Of a stretch of 64,000 nucleotides of DNA, positions 28,935-53,629 are shown in pieces (the first letter of the stretch is position 1; the number at the start of each line of letters is the position of its first letter). The translations under genes and the position numbers were made by a program. Source of the DNA: the human T2T-CHM13v2.0 reference genome, Homo sapiens. Where the stretch lies: NCBI RefSeq assembly GCF_009914755.1, contig NC_060947.1. One strand, 5' to 3'. The notes beneath the pieces are model-generated. The model did no database searches, had not been told where the DNA came from, and was given only the letters and a program-made list of their open reading frames with translations.

Positions 28935-29190
28935 TGGTAAGTGGTTAAGAGTAATGACGTGATTTCAGACAGCCATGTGTGTAAATACTAATTCTACTCT
29001 TATGAACAAGTTGTTCTACCTCTCTAATCCTCAGCTCATTCATTAGTAAAATGAGGATAACAGTAATACCCACCTCATAGATTATTTTAAAATGACTAAA
29101 TGTGATAAAATATGTAAAGTGCTTAGCACAGTGTCTGATAAATAGTGAGTGCTCTGCTTTGGCAATGAATTATTACTATTATTATCATCA
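28935..29190 (+). mobile_element. MIR SINE
   Basis: gtggttaagag...cctcagctcattcattagtaaaatgaggataacagtaatacccacctcatagg...gtgcttagcacagtgtctg. Confidence 0.85.
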
Positions 29191-29239
29191 TAAACATAGA
29201 AGTATCTAATTTTCATTTAAAAGGTGTTAAAAGCCAAGG

Positions 29240-29446
29240 ATAATTTAGAAGCGGGAAAGTTATAGCCCATGAGGTATATCTTGCCTATGAATATATTTGC
29301 TTAGTTAATGCAGTCTTTTGGCAAAATTAAGACATTACAAAATCAAGAAGTGTTACATAAAAATCTTGGTTTCTGAATTTTCCTGAAAAACAGGAAGATC
29401 TGACAATATCGATCCATATTTTCTCATGGTAAAAAATAGTTGGACC
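29240..29446. mobile_element. MER102-like hAT-Charlie fragment
   Basis: acataaaaatcttggtttctg...gaaaaacaggaagatctgacaa...catggtaa, recalled from consensus. Confidence 0.55.
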
Positions 29447-30088
29447 TATGGAACAGAATAGAGATCTCAGAAATAATATCACAAATCTACAACATCTTAT
29501 CTTCCACAAACCTGACAAAAACAAGCAATGGGGAAAGGATTCCCTATTCAATAGGTGGTGCTGGGAAAACTGGCTATCCATATGCAGAAAATTGAAACTG
29601 GACCCCTTCCTTATACCATATACAAAAATTAACTCAAGATGAATTAAATACTTAAATGTAGAAACCAAAACTATAAAAACCCTAGAAGAAAATCTGGGCA
29701 ATGCCATTCAGGACATAGGCGTGGACAAAGATTTCATGATGAAAATATCAAAAGCAATTGCATTAAAAGCAAAAATTGACAAATGGGATTTAATTAAACT
29801 AAAGAACTTCAGCACAGCAAAAGAAACTATCATTACTGTGAACAGACATCCTACAGAATGGGAGAAAAATTTCACAATCTATCCATCTGACAAAGGTCTA
29901 ATATCCAGAATCTACAAGGAACTTAAAGAAATTTACAAGAAAAAACAAACAACAACGTGAAAAAGTGGGCAAATGAGATGAACAGACACTTTTCAAAACA
30001 AGACATTTATACAGCCAACAAACGTGAAGAAAAGCTCAACACCACTGATCATTAGAAAAATGCATATCGAAATCACAATGAGATATTA
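29443..30088 (+). mobile_element. Internal L1PA ORF2 fragment without 3'UTR, poly(A) or TSD
   Basis: ORFs 29448-29642 ([16 protein letters not shown]) and 29721-29960 ([11 protein letters not shown]). Confidence 0.9.
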
Positions 30089-30276
30089 TGGGAAAAGGCA
30101 TGTCATAGAGGACATAAAAGGTATTTAATTACAAACAATTGTGCTCAATGAGAGTCATAATGCATATTAAAATAATAGCAAGATATAATTTTCCACCTAT
30201 GTTCTTAACTAAAAGCAACACAAAGATTTGAGTAAGATCAGTGTGTTGATGAAAGAGTGAGGGAACAGGCACTTTT

Positions 30277-30931
30277 TTGATTATTATACTTTAAGTTTCA
30301 GGGTACATGTGCACAGTGCAGGTTAGTTACATATGTATACATGTGCCATGTTGGTGTGCTGCACCCATTAACTCATCATTTAGCATTAGGTATATCTCCT
30401 AATGCTATCCCTCCCCCCTCCCCCCACCCCACAACAGTCGCCGGTGTGTGATGTTCCCCTTCCTGTGTCCATGTGTTCTCATTGTTCAATTCCCACCTAT
30501 GAGTGAGAACATGCGGTGTTCGGTTTTTTGTCCTCGCGATAGTTTGCTGAGAATGATGGTTTCCAGCTTCATCCATGTCCCTACAAAGGACATGAACTCA
30601 TCCTTTTTTATGGCTGCATAGTATTCCATGGTGTATATGTGCCACATTTTCTTAATCCAGTCTATCATTGTTGGACATTTGGGTTGGTTCCAAGTCTTTG
30701 CTATTGTGAATAGTGCCGCAATAAACATACGTGTGCATGTGTCTTTATAGCAGTATGATTTATAATCCTTTGGGTGTATACCCAGTAATGGGATGGCTGG
30801 GTCAAATGGTATTTCTAGTTCTAGATCCCTGAGGAATCGCCACACCAACTTCCACAATGCTTGAACTAGTTTACAGTCCCAGCAACAGTGTAAAAGTGTT
30901 CCTATTTCTCCACATCCTCTCCAGCACCTGT
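30277..30931 (-). mobile_element. 5'-truncated L1PA (PA4/5-like) 3' end, inserted in an older L1M fragment
   Basis: ORF2 C-terminus in ORF 30486-30944; perfect 17-bp TSD agggaacaggcactttt 30260-30276/30932-30948. Confidence 0.96.
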
Positions 30932-31559
30932 AGGGAACAGGCACTTTTAAACGAAGTTAACAGGAACTTAAATTGCACCACCTCTATACAGAGCAATTTT
31001 GCAATACCTATTAAAATGTAAAATGAATATGTCCTTTATCTCAGCAATTCTACATCTACAAAACTTGCATGTGTATGTAAATATACGTATATAAATATAT
31101 ACAAATGTATGTACAAAGATACACACAGAATGTTCATTGCAGCAAAGTTTGTAAACACAGGAAAACAATCTAAACATCAGAAGTAACTATTTAATAATTT
31201 TAATTTTATCCATAGACTTGTACATCTTACAGATGTAAAAATAAAGAGTGATGAAAACGAATATGGTGATGGATTATTTTAATATACACAGGTAAGTGAC
31301 AAAGCCAAAGAGGAGAAAACAAAACAAAAGCCAGATTTGTATGTCTTCACTTGAATTGAAGAATAGAGTATAACTATACCAACATATGTTTTTAAGGCAT
31401 AAAAAACTCTGAACTGATACAGGAGAGACTAGTAACTGTGGTTGACTCTGGGGAAGAGGCTTGGAAGAGATGGAGATTATATTAGTTATTAAATTATTTC
31501 ATTCTATTTGAAATTTGACAATTCATTTATTTTACTTTTTTAATGAAAATGGTTGCCTT

Positions 31560-32229
31560 ACAACAGATGCTGGTGAGGTGCAGAGAAAAGGGAACACACA
31601 TATTTGTTGGTAGGAATGTAAATTAGTTCAGCACCTTTGGAAAGTAGTTTGGCAATTTCTGAAAGAACTTAGAACTACTATTCAACCAACAATCTCATTA
31701 CTGGGCATATATCCAAACGGAAATAAATTAGTCTACCTGAAAGACACATGAACTCATATGTTCATTGCAGCACTATTCACAACAGCAAAGACATGGAATC
31801 TACCTAGGTGCCTATCAGTGGTGGATTGGATAAAGAAAATATGGTACATATACACCATGGAATACTACACAGCCATGAAAAGAATACAATCATGTCCTTT
31901 GCAGCAACATGGATGGAGCTAGAGGCCATTATCCTAAGAGAATTAATGCAGGAGAAGAAAACCAAATACAGCATGCTCTTTCTTATAAATGAGAGCTAAA
32001 CAATGGGTAGTGATGACATAAAGATGATAACGACAGACACTGGAGACTACTAGAAGAGGGACGGGAGGAGGGAAGGGTCAAGGGTTGAAAACGTAACTAT
32101 TGAGTACTATGATCAGTGCCTGGGTGATGGAATCAATCATACCCCAAACATCAACATCATGCAATATACCCAGGTAATCAACTTGCACATGTACTCCCTG
32201 AATCTAAAATAAAAGTTGAAATTATTTTA
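31560..32229 (+). mobile_element. 5'-truncated L1PB-like 3' end
   Basis: SFAATWMELEAIIL peptide; end aatctaaaataaaagttgaa; TSD aaaatggttgcctt 31546-31559 / aaaatgcttgcctt 32230-32243. Confidence 0.88.
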
Positions 32230-32261
32230 AAAATGCTTGCCTTTTAAAAGTAATGAGTTTC

Positions 32262-35711
<3,450 letters not shown>

Positions 35712-35989
35712 TCATCGTTGGTTAAAGTAAAAATTAATGAAGTCTTTTTGGAAAGTATTTGGGAAGTATGTTTTATACTTTAAATATATTTAAATATATT
35801 TGCAACTGTAATAGTAAAGATTGAAAACTGTAATAGATTGCCTTATTTCCTATCACATAAATATTGGTCCAATAAGTATGTGTGAATTGGAAAAACAGTT
35901 TTATGTATCCATATGGAGATATTGAGTCAATATTGGTAGTGCTATTTTCTTTATGAAAAATGCACCTGTGTATATTTTCCTTTATATGC

Positions 35990-36505
35990 ATGGGCAGGTA
36001 CTTCTTTTTGCCTATCTAACATACATTTACTCCTTCTTTACTAACAGAACACTAATAACATTAAAAGGGGGAATATTTCCAGCTAAAAGACATTTCTCAC
36101 CTTTGCCTGCTGCCAATGTGGCCATGAAATTTAATTCTGGTAAAAAATGTGCGAGGAGAATTTTTGGAAAGGACATTCAGGAGCCTCTTTAAAAGGAAAA
36201 CAGATAATTAGTGAAACCTCTTTGATTTTTTCTTCTCCAATCATTTTGTCTTTAATGTACACATAATGACTGGGGCACCAGCAGTCATCATAGACCATAG
36301 GGTGACCTTGAAAACAGAAAAAATGTGATTGGGTAGTGGTGCAAAAAAATTCTGAGTTCCTTGTGACTGTACAGCTGCCATAACTACTCTGAACAATATA
36401 CCTGTGGATGTAATTTACAAGATGGAGTAATAAACTTTTATCATGTTTAAACCATACATATTTGAGGTTTTTCTGGTATGTGAAATCAAACTATGAAGCA
36501 AACTG
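35990..36505 (+). mobile_element. Old ERVL/MaLR-type LTR (LTR33/MLT1-like)
   Basis: gactggggcaccagcagtcatcatagaccatagggtgacc...taataaac...tttaaaccat motifs. Confidence 0.45.
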
Positions 36506-36736
36506 CAAAAATTGCCCTCCAAATTATTGGTGGTAGTTTCCTATGGGAGTAGGAATGAGATTAGAGAGTGGTGATAAGAAAGATGGTCATATTTTGCCTT
36601 TGATACAAGTGTATTGTTAAAATACTTTACAAAAAACATTTATCCACGCATTAGTTTTATAATAAAAAATAATAATGAAATAAAAGAGCAAGGTATTGCA
36701 AGTCACTGAAAAAGATTACCCAAACATTTTGTGGAT

Positions 36737-37460
36737 ATGGTCATGTACCACATAATGACATTTCAGTGAATGATGGACTGCATAAATGGTTGTGGTCCCA
36801 TTAGGATTATAAGGAGCTGAACCTTTTCCATTGTCGAGTGACCTAGCCATGGTAACTGATAAAGTTTGGCTGTGTCTCCACCCAAATTGCATCTTGAATT
36901 ATAGCTCCCATAATTCCCACATGTTGTGGGAGGGACCTGGTGGAAGATAATTGAATCATGGGGGCTGTTTCCCCCATACTGTTCTTGGGGTATTGAATAA
37001 GTCTCATGAGATCTGATGGTTTTATAAGGGGTAAGACGTGCCTTTTGTCTTCCACCATGATTGTGAGGACTCCCCAGCCATGTGAAACTGTGAGTCCATT
37101 AAACTTCTTTTTCTTTATAAATTACCCAGTCTTTGGTATATCTTTATTAGCAGCATGAAAATGGATTAATACAGTAACATCACAGTGCAAAGTGTTACCT
37201 TTTCTATATTAGATATGTGTAGATACAAAAAAATTGTCTTTGTGTTACAATTGCCTACAATATTCAGAACAGTAATATGCTGTACAGGTTTGTAGCCTGG
37301 GAGCAATAGGCTGTACCATATAGCATAGGTGCTTGATAGGCTGTACCATCTAAGTTTGTGTAAGTACATTCTGTCATGTTTACAAAAATGACAAAATCAC
37401 CTAACAATGTACAATGTATTCCTCAGAATGTATCCCCATCATTAAGTAATGTATGACATA
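36737..37460. mobile_element. Tigger3/MER7-like TcMar element split by a THE1 LTR
   Basis: gtcatgtaccacataatgacatttc...gtggtcccattaggattataa and tacaggtttgtagcctgggagcaataggct...aatgtatgac. Confidence 0.8.
36857..37173 (+). mobile_element. Solo THE1 (B/C-like) LTR
   Basis: tgataagtttggctgtgtctccacccaaat...gcagcatgaaaatggattaataca; perfect TSD gtaac 36852-36856/37174-37178. Confidence 0.95.
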
Positions 37461-37539
37461 TATTGTAGATAGGATTTAACATTTAATTTTAAGGTAAGGA
37501 AAGTTCAAATAAATTGTGAAAATTTTTATCTCAAAGCAT

Positions 37540-44635
<7,096 letters not shown>

Positions 44636-44639
44636 ACAT

Positions 44640-45785
44640 AGAAACCCTAAAAATTCTAGAAGATAACATTAGAAAAACTTTTCCAGGCATTGGCTTAGGC
44701 AAATAATTCCTGACTAAGACCCCAGAAACAAATGCAAGAGAAACAAAAATAAATAAATTGTACCTGATTAAACTAAAAAGCTTCTGCACAGCAAAAGAGA
44801 TAATCAGTAGAGTAAACAGACAACCCACTGACTGGGAGAAAATATTCACAAACTATGCATACAACGAAGGACTAATATCAAGAATCTACAAGGAATTTAA
44901 ACAAATCAGCAAGAAAAAATGATAATAATCCCATTATTAATACGGGCAAAGCACATTAATAGAAAATTCTCCAAAGAAGATATACAAACAGCCAACAAAC
45001 ATATGAAAAAATGCTTAACATCACTAATTATAAGGGAAATGTATATTAAAGCCACAGTGAGATGCCACATTACTCCTGCAAGAATGACCATAATTAAAAA
45101 GTCAAAAAAAATATAGATGTTGGCTTGCATGTGGTGAAATTGGAACACTTTGACACTGCTGATGGGAATGTAAATTAGTACAACTGTGGGAAATAGTATG
45201 GAGATTCCTTGAAGAACTAAAAGTAGAAATGCCATTTCATCCAGCAATCCCACTACTGGGCATCTATCCAGAAAAAAAGAAAAGGAGTTATTATATGAAA
45301 AAGATGCATGCACAGGCATGTTTATAACAGCACAGTTTGCAATTGCAAGGATATGGAACCAACCTATGTGCCCATCAACCAAAGTGTTTAAAGAAAATGT
45401 CTTATATACACACCATGGAATACTACTCAGTCACAAAAAAAGAATTAAATAATATCTTTTGCAGCAACTAAAATGGACCTGGAAGCCATTATTCTAAGTG
45501 AACTCAGGAATTGAAAACCAAATATTGTATGTTCTCGCTTATAAATGGGAGCTAAGCTATGAGAATGCAAAGGCATAAGAATTATATAATGGACTTTGGG
45601 GGTTCGGTGGGGGAAGCTTGGGAGGGGCATGAGAAATAAAAGACTACATATTGGGTACAGTGCACACTGCTCGGATGACAGGTGTGACAGGTTCACTAAA
45701 ATCTCAGAAATCACCACTAAGGAGCTTATCCATTTAACCAAAAGCCACCTGTACCCTAAAAATTATTGAAATAAAAATAAATATT
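44640..45785 (+). mobile_element. L1PB-like 3' fragment abutting the L1MA ORF2 end
   Basis: aaaattctagaagataacatt...ggcattggcttaggcaaa; 3'UTR cactaaaatctcagaaatcaccactaa. Confidence 0.85.
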
Positions 45786-45829
45786 AAGAAATTTTAAAAA
45801 AACAGCCTTTAGAAAGAAACCAAAAAAGT

Positions 45830-46410
45830 TTAGTAATGGCAGATGCAGAACAGCCCTTAGTTTAGGTCTAGGTTATTCTCACTATCAGGGTTAATATCTT
45901 TCTTGAGGATTCTGTCTGAAGTACAGTATATTAGGAGATTTTCTCCATTCTAGTTGGAAAAAACACAATTATTCTCCAACCGGTGTGAGTCCCAGAGATT
46001 TTTTTCACCTTCTCCTTTGCAGTGGCTATTTCCTGTATTCTGGTACTTTTTCTCACCCTTTTGAGCCAGGACTCAGATTCAAAGAAACCCCAGTATACAT
46101 TTCTGGAGCTTTATTTATGTATATCTATAATTTCTCAGGCTTTTGGGGAAGAATTTTAGCCATATTTGCCTCCCTGAACTGTGAATTTTGGCTCTTCAAA
46201 GGAGTCATAACCTTGGTCTCTGTGCACTCCACATTGCAGATGTTCTTCATACATAAGCTGAGGCAATAAAAGGGCTCATCTTATTTTTTTCTGTTCTATA
46301 AAAGATTGCTGTTTTTGCTGTTTGTTATTCCGTGTTTATGATTATTGTTTAATATATATTGCCCTGTTTTCTAGTTTTTTAAGGTAGATGAATAAAACTC
46401 TGTCCTGGCT
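45830..46410 (-). mobile_element. Ancient L1M (ME/MC-type) 5'-end fragment
   Basis: attctccaaccggtgtgagtc...aagggctcatctt...ttttctagtt motifs. Confidence 0.55.
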
Positions 46411-47289
46411 CTAAGGGTAAGTATATACTGAATACAAATTTATATTTTGAACAGAAAAAAACCACAATTGGCTGAATAAGTAGTTTACTTTTTATCTCTT
46501 TTAACCTATCAGTTACTATACCCATCCAAAACTTGACAAGTAAATCTGTAAAAAAAAAAAAAATAGTGTCTTAGAAGGCAAAACTGTGGTTAATTTTATA
46601 TCTGTAATGGTGTCTTTGTCATGTTGTTATTTTAGAAACTTCATAAAGATGCATTATTTCATCCAGAAGGTAAATAAAGGGACAAGAAATTGTGTTAAAA
46701 GATATCTCAAAATCCTTTAGGTGTTTAATCCTTTTATGAAGATTTCTATGTGATAAAATTCCTAGTTTATCTTTAAAAAACATAATACAATATTATTAAA
46801 GAAATGTGCCTTATACAGTTTATCTTTAATATTTTGGAATAGTTAGCATTCTAGTGACATCATGTCTTCTAACTTTCTGTTCTATTAAGACTCAAAACTG
46901 TAAGCAATAAAATGACAACATATACAATCGTTAATTTCTACAATTTATTAAAAAATATAGGTCATGTTACTTTAAGGACAATGAATACTTTTTTCTGAAT
47001 TTCATTAAATATACAAATAATTGTGCAACAGGATGGGGTCAGTATTCATATTTTCTATGCTAATTTTTCATGTTCTGTAATAATTTTTTTTCTTTGTAAT
47101 GCAAAATCTTCTTTGTAAGTGGAATTTACTATTGTTTACATTACAGATTCTGGTTAAAGACTTAACTCATAATTGCTTGAAAAGTGAATTATACTGAAAT
47201 GAGTGTAGAATAACAACAATCTAAATTGAAATAATGATTTTTGCTTTTACTTGTAGAAAATGAATAAGCCAAAAAAACCGAACGCATTT

Positions 47290-47762
<473 letters not shown>

Positions 47763-47895
47763 TTTTTTGGACTATACTGGCTTTAAGTAAATATAACCCC
47801 TTACCTTTAGCCATATACAAAAATTAATTTAAAATGCATGAAAAAACAAAATTTAAGATCAAAATTTAAAATCTTAAGGATAAATTTTCATAAAC

Positions 47896-50110
47896 TTTTA
47901 TTTATTTAGTTTTTTCCAACTTTTATTTTAGGTTCAAGGGATACATATGCAAGTTTGTTACGTGAATAAATAGCCATTTGCAGCGGTTTGGTATGCAGAT
48001 AATTTTGTCAACCAGGTAATCAGCATAAGACCCAATAGGTAATTTTTCAATTGTCATCCTCTTTCTATCCTCTACCTTTGTACAGGCCCCAGTGTCTATT
48101 GTTCCCTTCTTTACATCCGTATATGCTCAGTGTTTATCTCTCACTAATAAGTGAGAATATGCAATATTTGGTTTTCTGTTCCTGTGTTGATTTATTTAGA
48201 ACCATGGCCTCCAGTGCCAATGAGACGGTATCTCATTGTGGTTTTGATTTGCATTTCCCTGATTGGTGATATTGAGCATTTTTTCATATACTCATTGGCT
48301 GTGTGCATCTCTTCTTTTGAGAAGTGTTTTTTCATGTCCTTTGCATAGAAAAACTTAATAAACAAGAAGAGAAAATGAACCCCAAAGATAGCAGAAGAAG
48401 AAAAGAAATAACCAATATCAGAGCTGAACTGAATGAAATGGACATGAGAAAAACCATACAGATAAATCAAAACCAAAAGTTTATTTTTTAAGGAATAATT
48501 TTGGTAAACCATTAGCTAAAACAATATAGAAAATAGAGAGAAAATCCAAGTAACAATAATCAGAAATGACAAAGTTATCCCACATAAACAAACAAAAAAC
48601 TCAGAAAAGATTATGAACACCTCTATGCACACAAACTAGAAAATCTAGAATAAATGGATGCTTTCTAGAAATCACACAACCTACTGAGATTGAACCAGGA
48701 AGAAATTGAATACCTGAACAGACCAAAAATGAGTTTTGAAATTGAATCAGGAATAAAAAATTTACCAACCAGAGGAAGTCCTGGACTACACAGATTCACA
48801 GCCAAATTCTACCAGATATGTAAAGAAGAACTGTTACAAATTCCACTGAAACTATCCAAAAAGTTAAGCAGGAGGGACTCCTCCATAACTCATTCTATGA
48901 GTCGAGCACCATCCTGATAACAAAGAACTGTCAAACACATAACAAAAAAGAAAATTTCAGGCCAATATCCTTGATGAACATCGATGCAAAAATCCTCAAC
49001 AAAATACAGGCAAACTGAATCCAGCAGCACATCAAAAAGCTTATCCACCATGATGAAGTAGGCTTTATTCCTGGGATGAAAGTTTCTTTCAACATACACA
49101 AATCAATAAATGTGATCCATCACAAAAACAGAACTAAAAATAAAAATCACATGATCACCTCAATAGTTTCAGAAAAGGCTTTCCATAAAATTCATCATCC
49201 CTTCATGTTAGAAATCCTCAATAACCTAAGCATTGAAGATACATACTTCAAAATAGTAAGAGCCCTCTATCACAGACACACAGCCCACATCATACTGAAT
49301 GGGCAAATGATGTAAGAATTCCCCTTGACAACTGGAACAAGACAGGGATGCTCACTCTCACCACTACTACTCAACATAGTACTGGAAGTCTTAGGCAGAG
49401 CAATCAGGCAAGAGAAAGAAACAGAAGGCATCCAAATAGGAAGAGAGGAAGTAAAACTCTCTTTCTTCATAGGCAATATGCTACTCTATCTAGAAAACTC
49501 TATAGTGCCTGCCGAAAGGCTCCTAGATCTAATAAGCAACTTCAGCAAAGTTTCAGGACACAAAATGAATTTACAAAACTCATTACCGTTTCCACATACC
49601 AACAACATCCAAGCTGAGTCAAATCTTTAATGCAATCTTATTCACAGTAGCCACAAAAGAATAAAATACCTAAGAATAAAGCTAGAAACATCTGATCTAC
49701 AAAAAACTGACTAAAACTAGCAAGGGGAAAAGGACTCCCTATTCAATAAATGCTGATGGCTTAACTGGCTAGCCATATGCAGAAGATTGAACCTGGATCC
49801 CTATCTTTCACCATTTACAAAAATCGACTCAAGATGGATTAAAGACTTAAATGTAAAACCTAAAACTATGAAGACCCTAGAAGAAAATGTAGGAAATACC
49901 ATTCTGAACATCAGCCAAGGCAAAAACTTCATGACAAAGACTTCAAAAGTAATTGCAACAAAAATGAAATTTGACAAATAAGACCTAATTAAATGTAAGA
50001 GGTTCTGCACAGCAAAATAAACTATCAACAGAGTAAACAGACAATATACAGAATGGGAGAAAATATTTGCAAACTATGCACCTGACAAAGGTCTAACATG
50101 CAGAATCTTT
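47896..50110 (-). mobile_element. Twin-primed older L1PA (PA13-16-like): 47896-48345 on minus, 48346-50110 on plus; two internal deletions
   Basis: Strand switch at ~48345; plus-strand RT peptides ([13 protein letters not shown]); colinearity jumps at ~48215 and ~49685. Confidence 0.82.
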
Positions 50111-52020
50111 AATCATCTTTGAAATGACAATAATTTATTGAATATGACACCTAAAGCACAAGCAACAAAAGAGAAATATAGGTATAATGGATTTCACCAA
50201 AATTTAAAAATTTTAAAAATTCTTTTAAAATAATGTTCAAATAATTGATGGCTAAAAACCTTGCAAATTTGATAAAATATGTTAATCTACACATGCAAAA
50301 TTTTAACTAACTCCATGCAGAATAACCTATAAAAGATCCACATTATAGTCATATTGCATTAAGACAAAAACTAAAAGAGAATCTTGAAAGTAGCAAGAGA
50401 AAAGTGACTGACTAGGTACAACGAATCCTCAATGAAATCAACAGTTGATTTCTCATCAGAAACCATGAAGGACAGGAAGTAGTAGGATGACATATTTCAA
50501 GTGTTGAAAGGAAGAAAAAAAATGTCCTCCAATAATTCAGTATCTGGGAAAACTATACTTCAAGACTAAAGGAGAAATTAAGACATTCCTAGATAAACAA
50601 AAGTTAAGAGAGTTTGAAACTATTAGTCCTGCCCTACAAGAAATGCTAAAGGGAGTCCTTCAGGTAGAAAAGAAAAAAAAACTAGACAAAAATTTTAAAA
50701 AAAGAGTAAAGGTAAATATGTAGGACAATATAAAAGCCAGTAAGATTGTACTTTTAGTTTGTAAGTTCTCTTTTTCCCTATATAACTTAAAAGTGAAATG
50801 CATGAAATAATAACATAAATCTACGTTAATAGGTACATAATGTATAAAGACATAATCCGTGATAATATAAAGAAGCAGGGCTGTATCTTCATAGGAGCAG
50901 AGTATTTGTATACAAAGTTGGTATTATTGAAACTAGGTAGTTATAAGTTTAGTACGTTAATTGTCATTATCAAGCTAATAATTAAGAAAGTAACAAAAAC
51001 ATACAGAAAAGAGAAAAAAGAGAATCAAAGTATTACAATACAAAATACCAACCAAATACTTAAAAAAGCACTAATAGAAGAATTGAGGAACATGAATATA
51101 TAAAAACTACAAAAAACAAATAGCAAAGTATCAGAAGTAAGTATCTCTTTATCTGTAATTATTTGAATAAAATAGATTATACTGTCCAATTAAAAGAAAT
51201 TGGCAAAATTAATAAAAAACATGATTAGTTTGTATTCTGTTTACAAGAACACCTTGTCTCATTAGTAATAAAGAAAAAAGATAGAAAGTAAAAAATATAG
51301 AAAAAGATATTCATGCCAATAGTAAATAAAAGACATTTTAAGTAAAAAATATTAAAAGTAAATAGGAGATTCCATATTAATAAATGTTAAATCCATATAA
51401 AAGATATTACAATTGTAAACATATATACACCTAACAAGAAATTTCCAGAAATATGTGACGCAAACATTGGCAGAATAGAAGAGAGATATAGACAGTTCTA
51501 GAGTATTACTAACAGACCAATATCTCATATTTAATAATGAGTAGACAATGAGAGAAAAGATTAATAAGGAAATAGAGAATTTGAACCACAGTATAAACCA
51601 CCTAAACCTAGCCTAGCAGACATATTTAGGACAATCTACCCCAAAACAGCAAAAAACACAGTCTTCTCCAAAATGCACGGAACGTTCTCCAAAAAGACTG
51701 TGTGTTATAGCACAGAACAAGTTTTAATAAATTTTAAAAGACTGAAATTTTACAAAGCATGATTTCTGATCGGAGTTGGATGAAAATGAAATACGATGTA
51801 CAGGATTCGGTTAATAATATTGAATTATATATTGAAATTTGGTAAGAGATTAGATTTTAGGTGGTCTTACCACAAAAAATGTAACTATGGAAGGCAATGG
51901 ATATGTTAACTTGACTATGCTAATCATTTCACTATGCACATGTATATCAAAACATTATGCTATGAACCTTAAATATGTGTTAAAAATAAATTAAATAAAC
52001 ATTAATAAAAACACCAATGG
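50111..52020 (+). mobile_element. Mosaic of old L1M fragments (ORF2 3' piece, ORF1-EN piece, L1MA-type 3' end at ~51795-51995)
   Basis: gatttctcatcagaaaccatg, gacattcctagataaacaaaag, atggatatgttaacttgact motifs. Confidence 0.7.
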
Positions 52021-52050
52021 CATTTTAATGGGAAATTGCTGCTATTTACA

Positions 52051-53597
52051 TTTTTTTAATTTTAATTTTAATTTTAGAATCAGAGGTTACATGTGCAGGT
52101 TTGTTACAAGGATATATTGTGTGATGGTGTGGTTTAGGCTGCTCTAGATCTAGTCACCCAGACAGTGAACATAGTCCCCAATAGGAAGTTTTTCAGGCTT
52201 TGTTCCCCTCCCTCCTTTTGTAATCCCCAGAGTCTATTGTTACTATCTTTATGTCTATGTGAACCCAGAGTTTATCTCCCAGTTATAAGTGAAAACGTGC
52301 AATATTTGTTTTTCTGTTTTTGTGTTAATTTGCTTAGAATAATGGCCTCCAGCTGCATTCATGTTGCTGCAAAGGACATGATTTTTTTCTTTTTTATGAC
52401 TGTGTACTATTCCATGGTGTATATGTACCACATTTTCGTTATCCAATTTATCACTGATGGGCACCTAGTTTGATTTCATGTCTTTGCTATTGTGAATAGT
52501 GCTGTGGTAAACATACAAGTCCATGTGCCTTTTTCATAGAACAATTTATTTTCCTTTGGGTATATGGTCAGTCATTGGATTGCTGAGTTGAATTACCATT
52601 TCTATTTTCAGTTCTTTGAGAAATCTACAAACAGCTTTCCATAGGGGATGAAATAATTTACATTCCCACCAACAGTGTATAAGGATTTCCTTGACAACCT
52701 CACCAACAACTGTTATATTTTGACTTTTTAAGGATAGCTATTCTGACTAATGTGAGACGGTATTTGATTTTGGTTTTGATTTGAATTTCTCTGATGGTTA
52801 GCTATGTTAAGTATTTTTTCCTATGTTTGTTGGCTGCTTACATGTTGTCTTTTGAGAAGTGTCCGTTTTTGTCCTTTGTCCACTTTTTAATGGGAGTATT
52901 TGTTTTTTTTTCTTTATGATTTGTCTAAGTTCTTTATAAATTCTGGATGTTAGTCCTTTGTTGGGTGCATAGTTTGTGAATATTTTCTCCCATTCTGTAG
53001 GTTGTCTGTTTACTCTGTGGATAGTTTCTTTTGCTGTGCAGAAGCTCTTTAGTCTAGTTAGGTCTTACTTGTCAATGTTTGTTTTGGTTGCAATTACTTT
53101 TGAGGAGTTAGTCATAAATTCTTTGCCTGGGCCAATATTGGGAAGAGCATGTTCTATGTTTTCTTCTAGGATTTTTATAATCTGATGTCTTATAAATTTA
53201 AGTCTTTAATCCATCTTGAGTTAATTTTATATATGGTAAAAGGTAGAGGTCCAGTTTCATTCTTCTGCAATGTTATTTTTCACAGAACTAGAAAAGACTA
53301 TTTCAAACCTCATGTGGAACCAAAAAAGAATCCAAATAGCCTAAGCAATCCTAACCAAAAAGAACAAAGCTGGAGGAACTGCATTACCTGACTTCAAACT
53401 ATACTACATGGTTACAGTAACTAAACCAGAATTGTAATGCCACAGAAATAGGCACATAGACCAGTGGAATGGAATAGAAAGCCCCCAAATAAAACTGCAT
53501 ACCTACAGCCAATAGATCTCAGACAAAGTCAACAAAAATGAGCAACGGGGAAAGAACTCACTATTCAATAAACGATGCTGAGAAAACTGGCTAACCA
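52051..53597 (-). mobile_element. Twin-primed older L1PA/L1PB-age element: 52051-53269 on minus, 53270-53597 on plus
   Basis: Minus part stops at (rc) tgcagaagaatgaaactgg; plus part ends aactggctaacca, which is adjacent in the L1 consensus. Confidence 0.88.
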
Positions 53598-53629
53598 AAG
53601 TCATTTTTTGAAGAAATTAACAAGCTGAT

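Noticed and set aside
35735-35749. taatgaagtcttttt as an alternative TSD for the young L1
   Set aside because: Imperfect match to the left flank and offset by ~25 bp; a young insertion should have a near-perfect TSD
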